A program made the translations under genes and the position numbers. Below are positions 63,001 to 64,000 of a DNA stretch of 64,000 bases, piece by piece. The notes under the pieces are model-generated. The model was not told the origin of the DNA, searched no databases, and worked only from the letters and a program-made list of their open reading frames with translations. This stretch comes from Paragordius varius. Its lineage: Eukaryota; Animalia; Nematomorpha. The stretch covers positions 5,952,001-6,016,000 of the forward strand of contig OZ176055.1 of assembly GCA_964247055.1 (NCBI GenBank), written 5' to 3'. Position 1 is the first letter of the stretch. Every line of letters begins with the position of its first letter.

Positions 63001-64000
63001 AGTCCAATTAACAAGGCCTTACAAACCCATTCAAAATATACCATTACGACCACCAATGATAAGCCATATAATAAATCGAATCAATATATGCATCAAAACT
63101 CAATTACTCGCACGAATGAATCTCCCGCATCATCATACAAAAAAAGTTTTTTGTTTGGAATAGATATACCCTTGACATTCAATCCTAACCAATTATTTAA
63201 AGGTTATATAATTTTATATATATAAATATCTCAATCAAGCTAATTTGTATATCTTAAAAATTTAATTTTAACGTGGTTAAAGTCATTTTATAAATCCATA
63301 GATTGCCCAGCTTTCATATTTTAACGGCAAAATTTAACTAGTGTTTTAGAGGATCCGTTTTTATTTGGTGTCGGAAAACTTTATTTTAAACATTTCTAAG
63401 GGATATTTATATAAAAATGTTTAACAATAAGTTTTGATCCAGTTCTTTGTGAAATAGTTCTTTTCTTTCGATACAATCTGTTTTTAGCAGTTTAAGTTGT
63501 TAAAAATCCCTATCCTTATTATCCAAATTAAACGAGGACAGCCGGGTTTATTGGTTTCAATATCGAATAAGGTTCTAATGGGCTCATCCCGATTGTTTAA
63601 AATAGATTTTAGCTAGGGTTTTTTAGTTAGTTTGATAGATAAAAACTTAAACCTCAAAAATTTTACGTAATTGATTGTTTCATGTGTATCTACAGGTTTG
63701 ATTGACAAAACCTCGAGCAATATGGCAAGAAATTCTTCCGGTACAGAAACATACAAACTCCGAAGCCTAATTTGTCATCAAGGTTTAACCTTGTCCAAAG
63801 GGCATTATTTGACATACGTGAGATATAACTATTGTGTTTTTACCCCCAAAAAACTTGAAGAAATTAAGCAATTACTACACCCTTCCAATGATGCAAACGG
63901 TGATGTGAACAAACTTTGTTTTGACTTGGAAAGGTTTAAAAAGTTTAGGAATAAAGAAGTGGAAGTCTGGTATAAAATAAGTGATGATTGCATTGAAATT
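60047..64000 (+). CDS. USP10: Ubiquitin carboxyl-terminal hydrolase, USP10-like; 3' end beyond the window
   Basis: Exons 60047-60215, 60242-60316, 60377-60450, 60626-60710, 61542-61759, 61951-62079, 62249-62344, 62830-63202, 63696->64000, all phase-consistent. Cys box NKSNWCYINSILQTL; YEPTQVYHLL; QQDAEEILTFLLNAMHDE; USP10-type DEDEWNTIVGSGRKNKSTVVRQ; PIQQMFGG; QPFLVLPLDI; LILQLKCF; His box YKLRSLICHQG...GHYLTYV; WYKISDD. A tiny upstream exon (ATG 59897, donor 59907) is possible, so the start is uncertain. Confidence 0.88.

Overview
This is eukaryotic (animal) genomic DNA, very A+T-rich. I found no prokaryotic features, CRISPR array, rRNA or intact tRNA. Bases 1-~11.9 kb are a G/T-skewed satellite built from an 82-bp monomer. 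Four spliced genes were reconstructed by hand with phase-consistent GT-AG introns. (1) Conventional beta-spectrin (+, 44 exons, 14073-43754, 2587 aa). (2) A DEPDC7-like gene (-, 47104-44861, ~508 aa; one exon carries an in-frame TAA). (3) ISCA1 (+, 52388-53914, 128 aa). (4) A USP10-like deubiquitinase (+, from 60047, running off the window end). Introns and intergenic DNA hold MITEs, a non-autonomous Helitron, a Chapaev3-like element, RTE-like LINE fragments and a tRNA-derived SINE-like insert. The strongest unexplained signal is in the splicing. Five introns of only 25-27 nt coexist with introns of 60-3909 nt, none fall between 28 and 59 nt, and only 9 of 59 donors have the usually dominant +5 G. 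Beta-spectrin also carries several S/T/P-rich loop insertions, each straddling an exon junction, one inside ankyrin-binding repeat 14. Family assignments come from recalled motifs; no database search was run and the organism is not identified.
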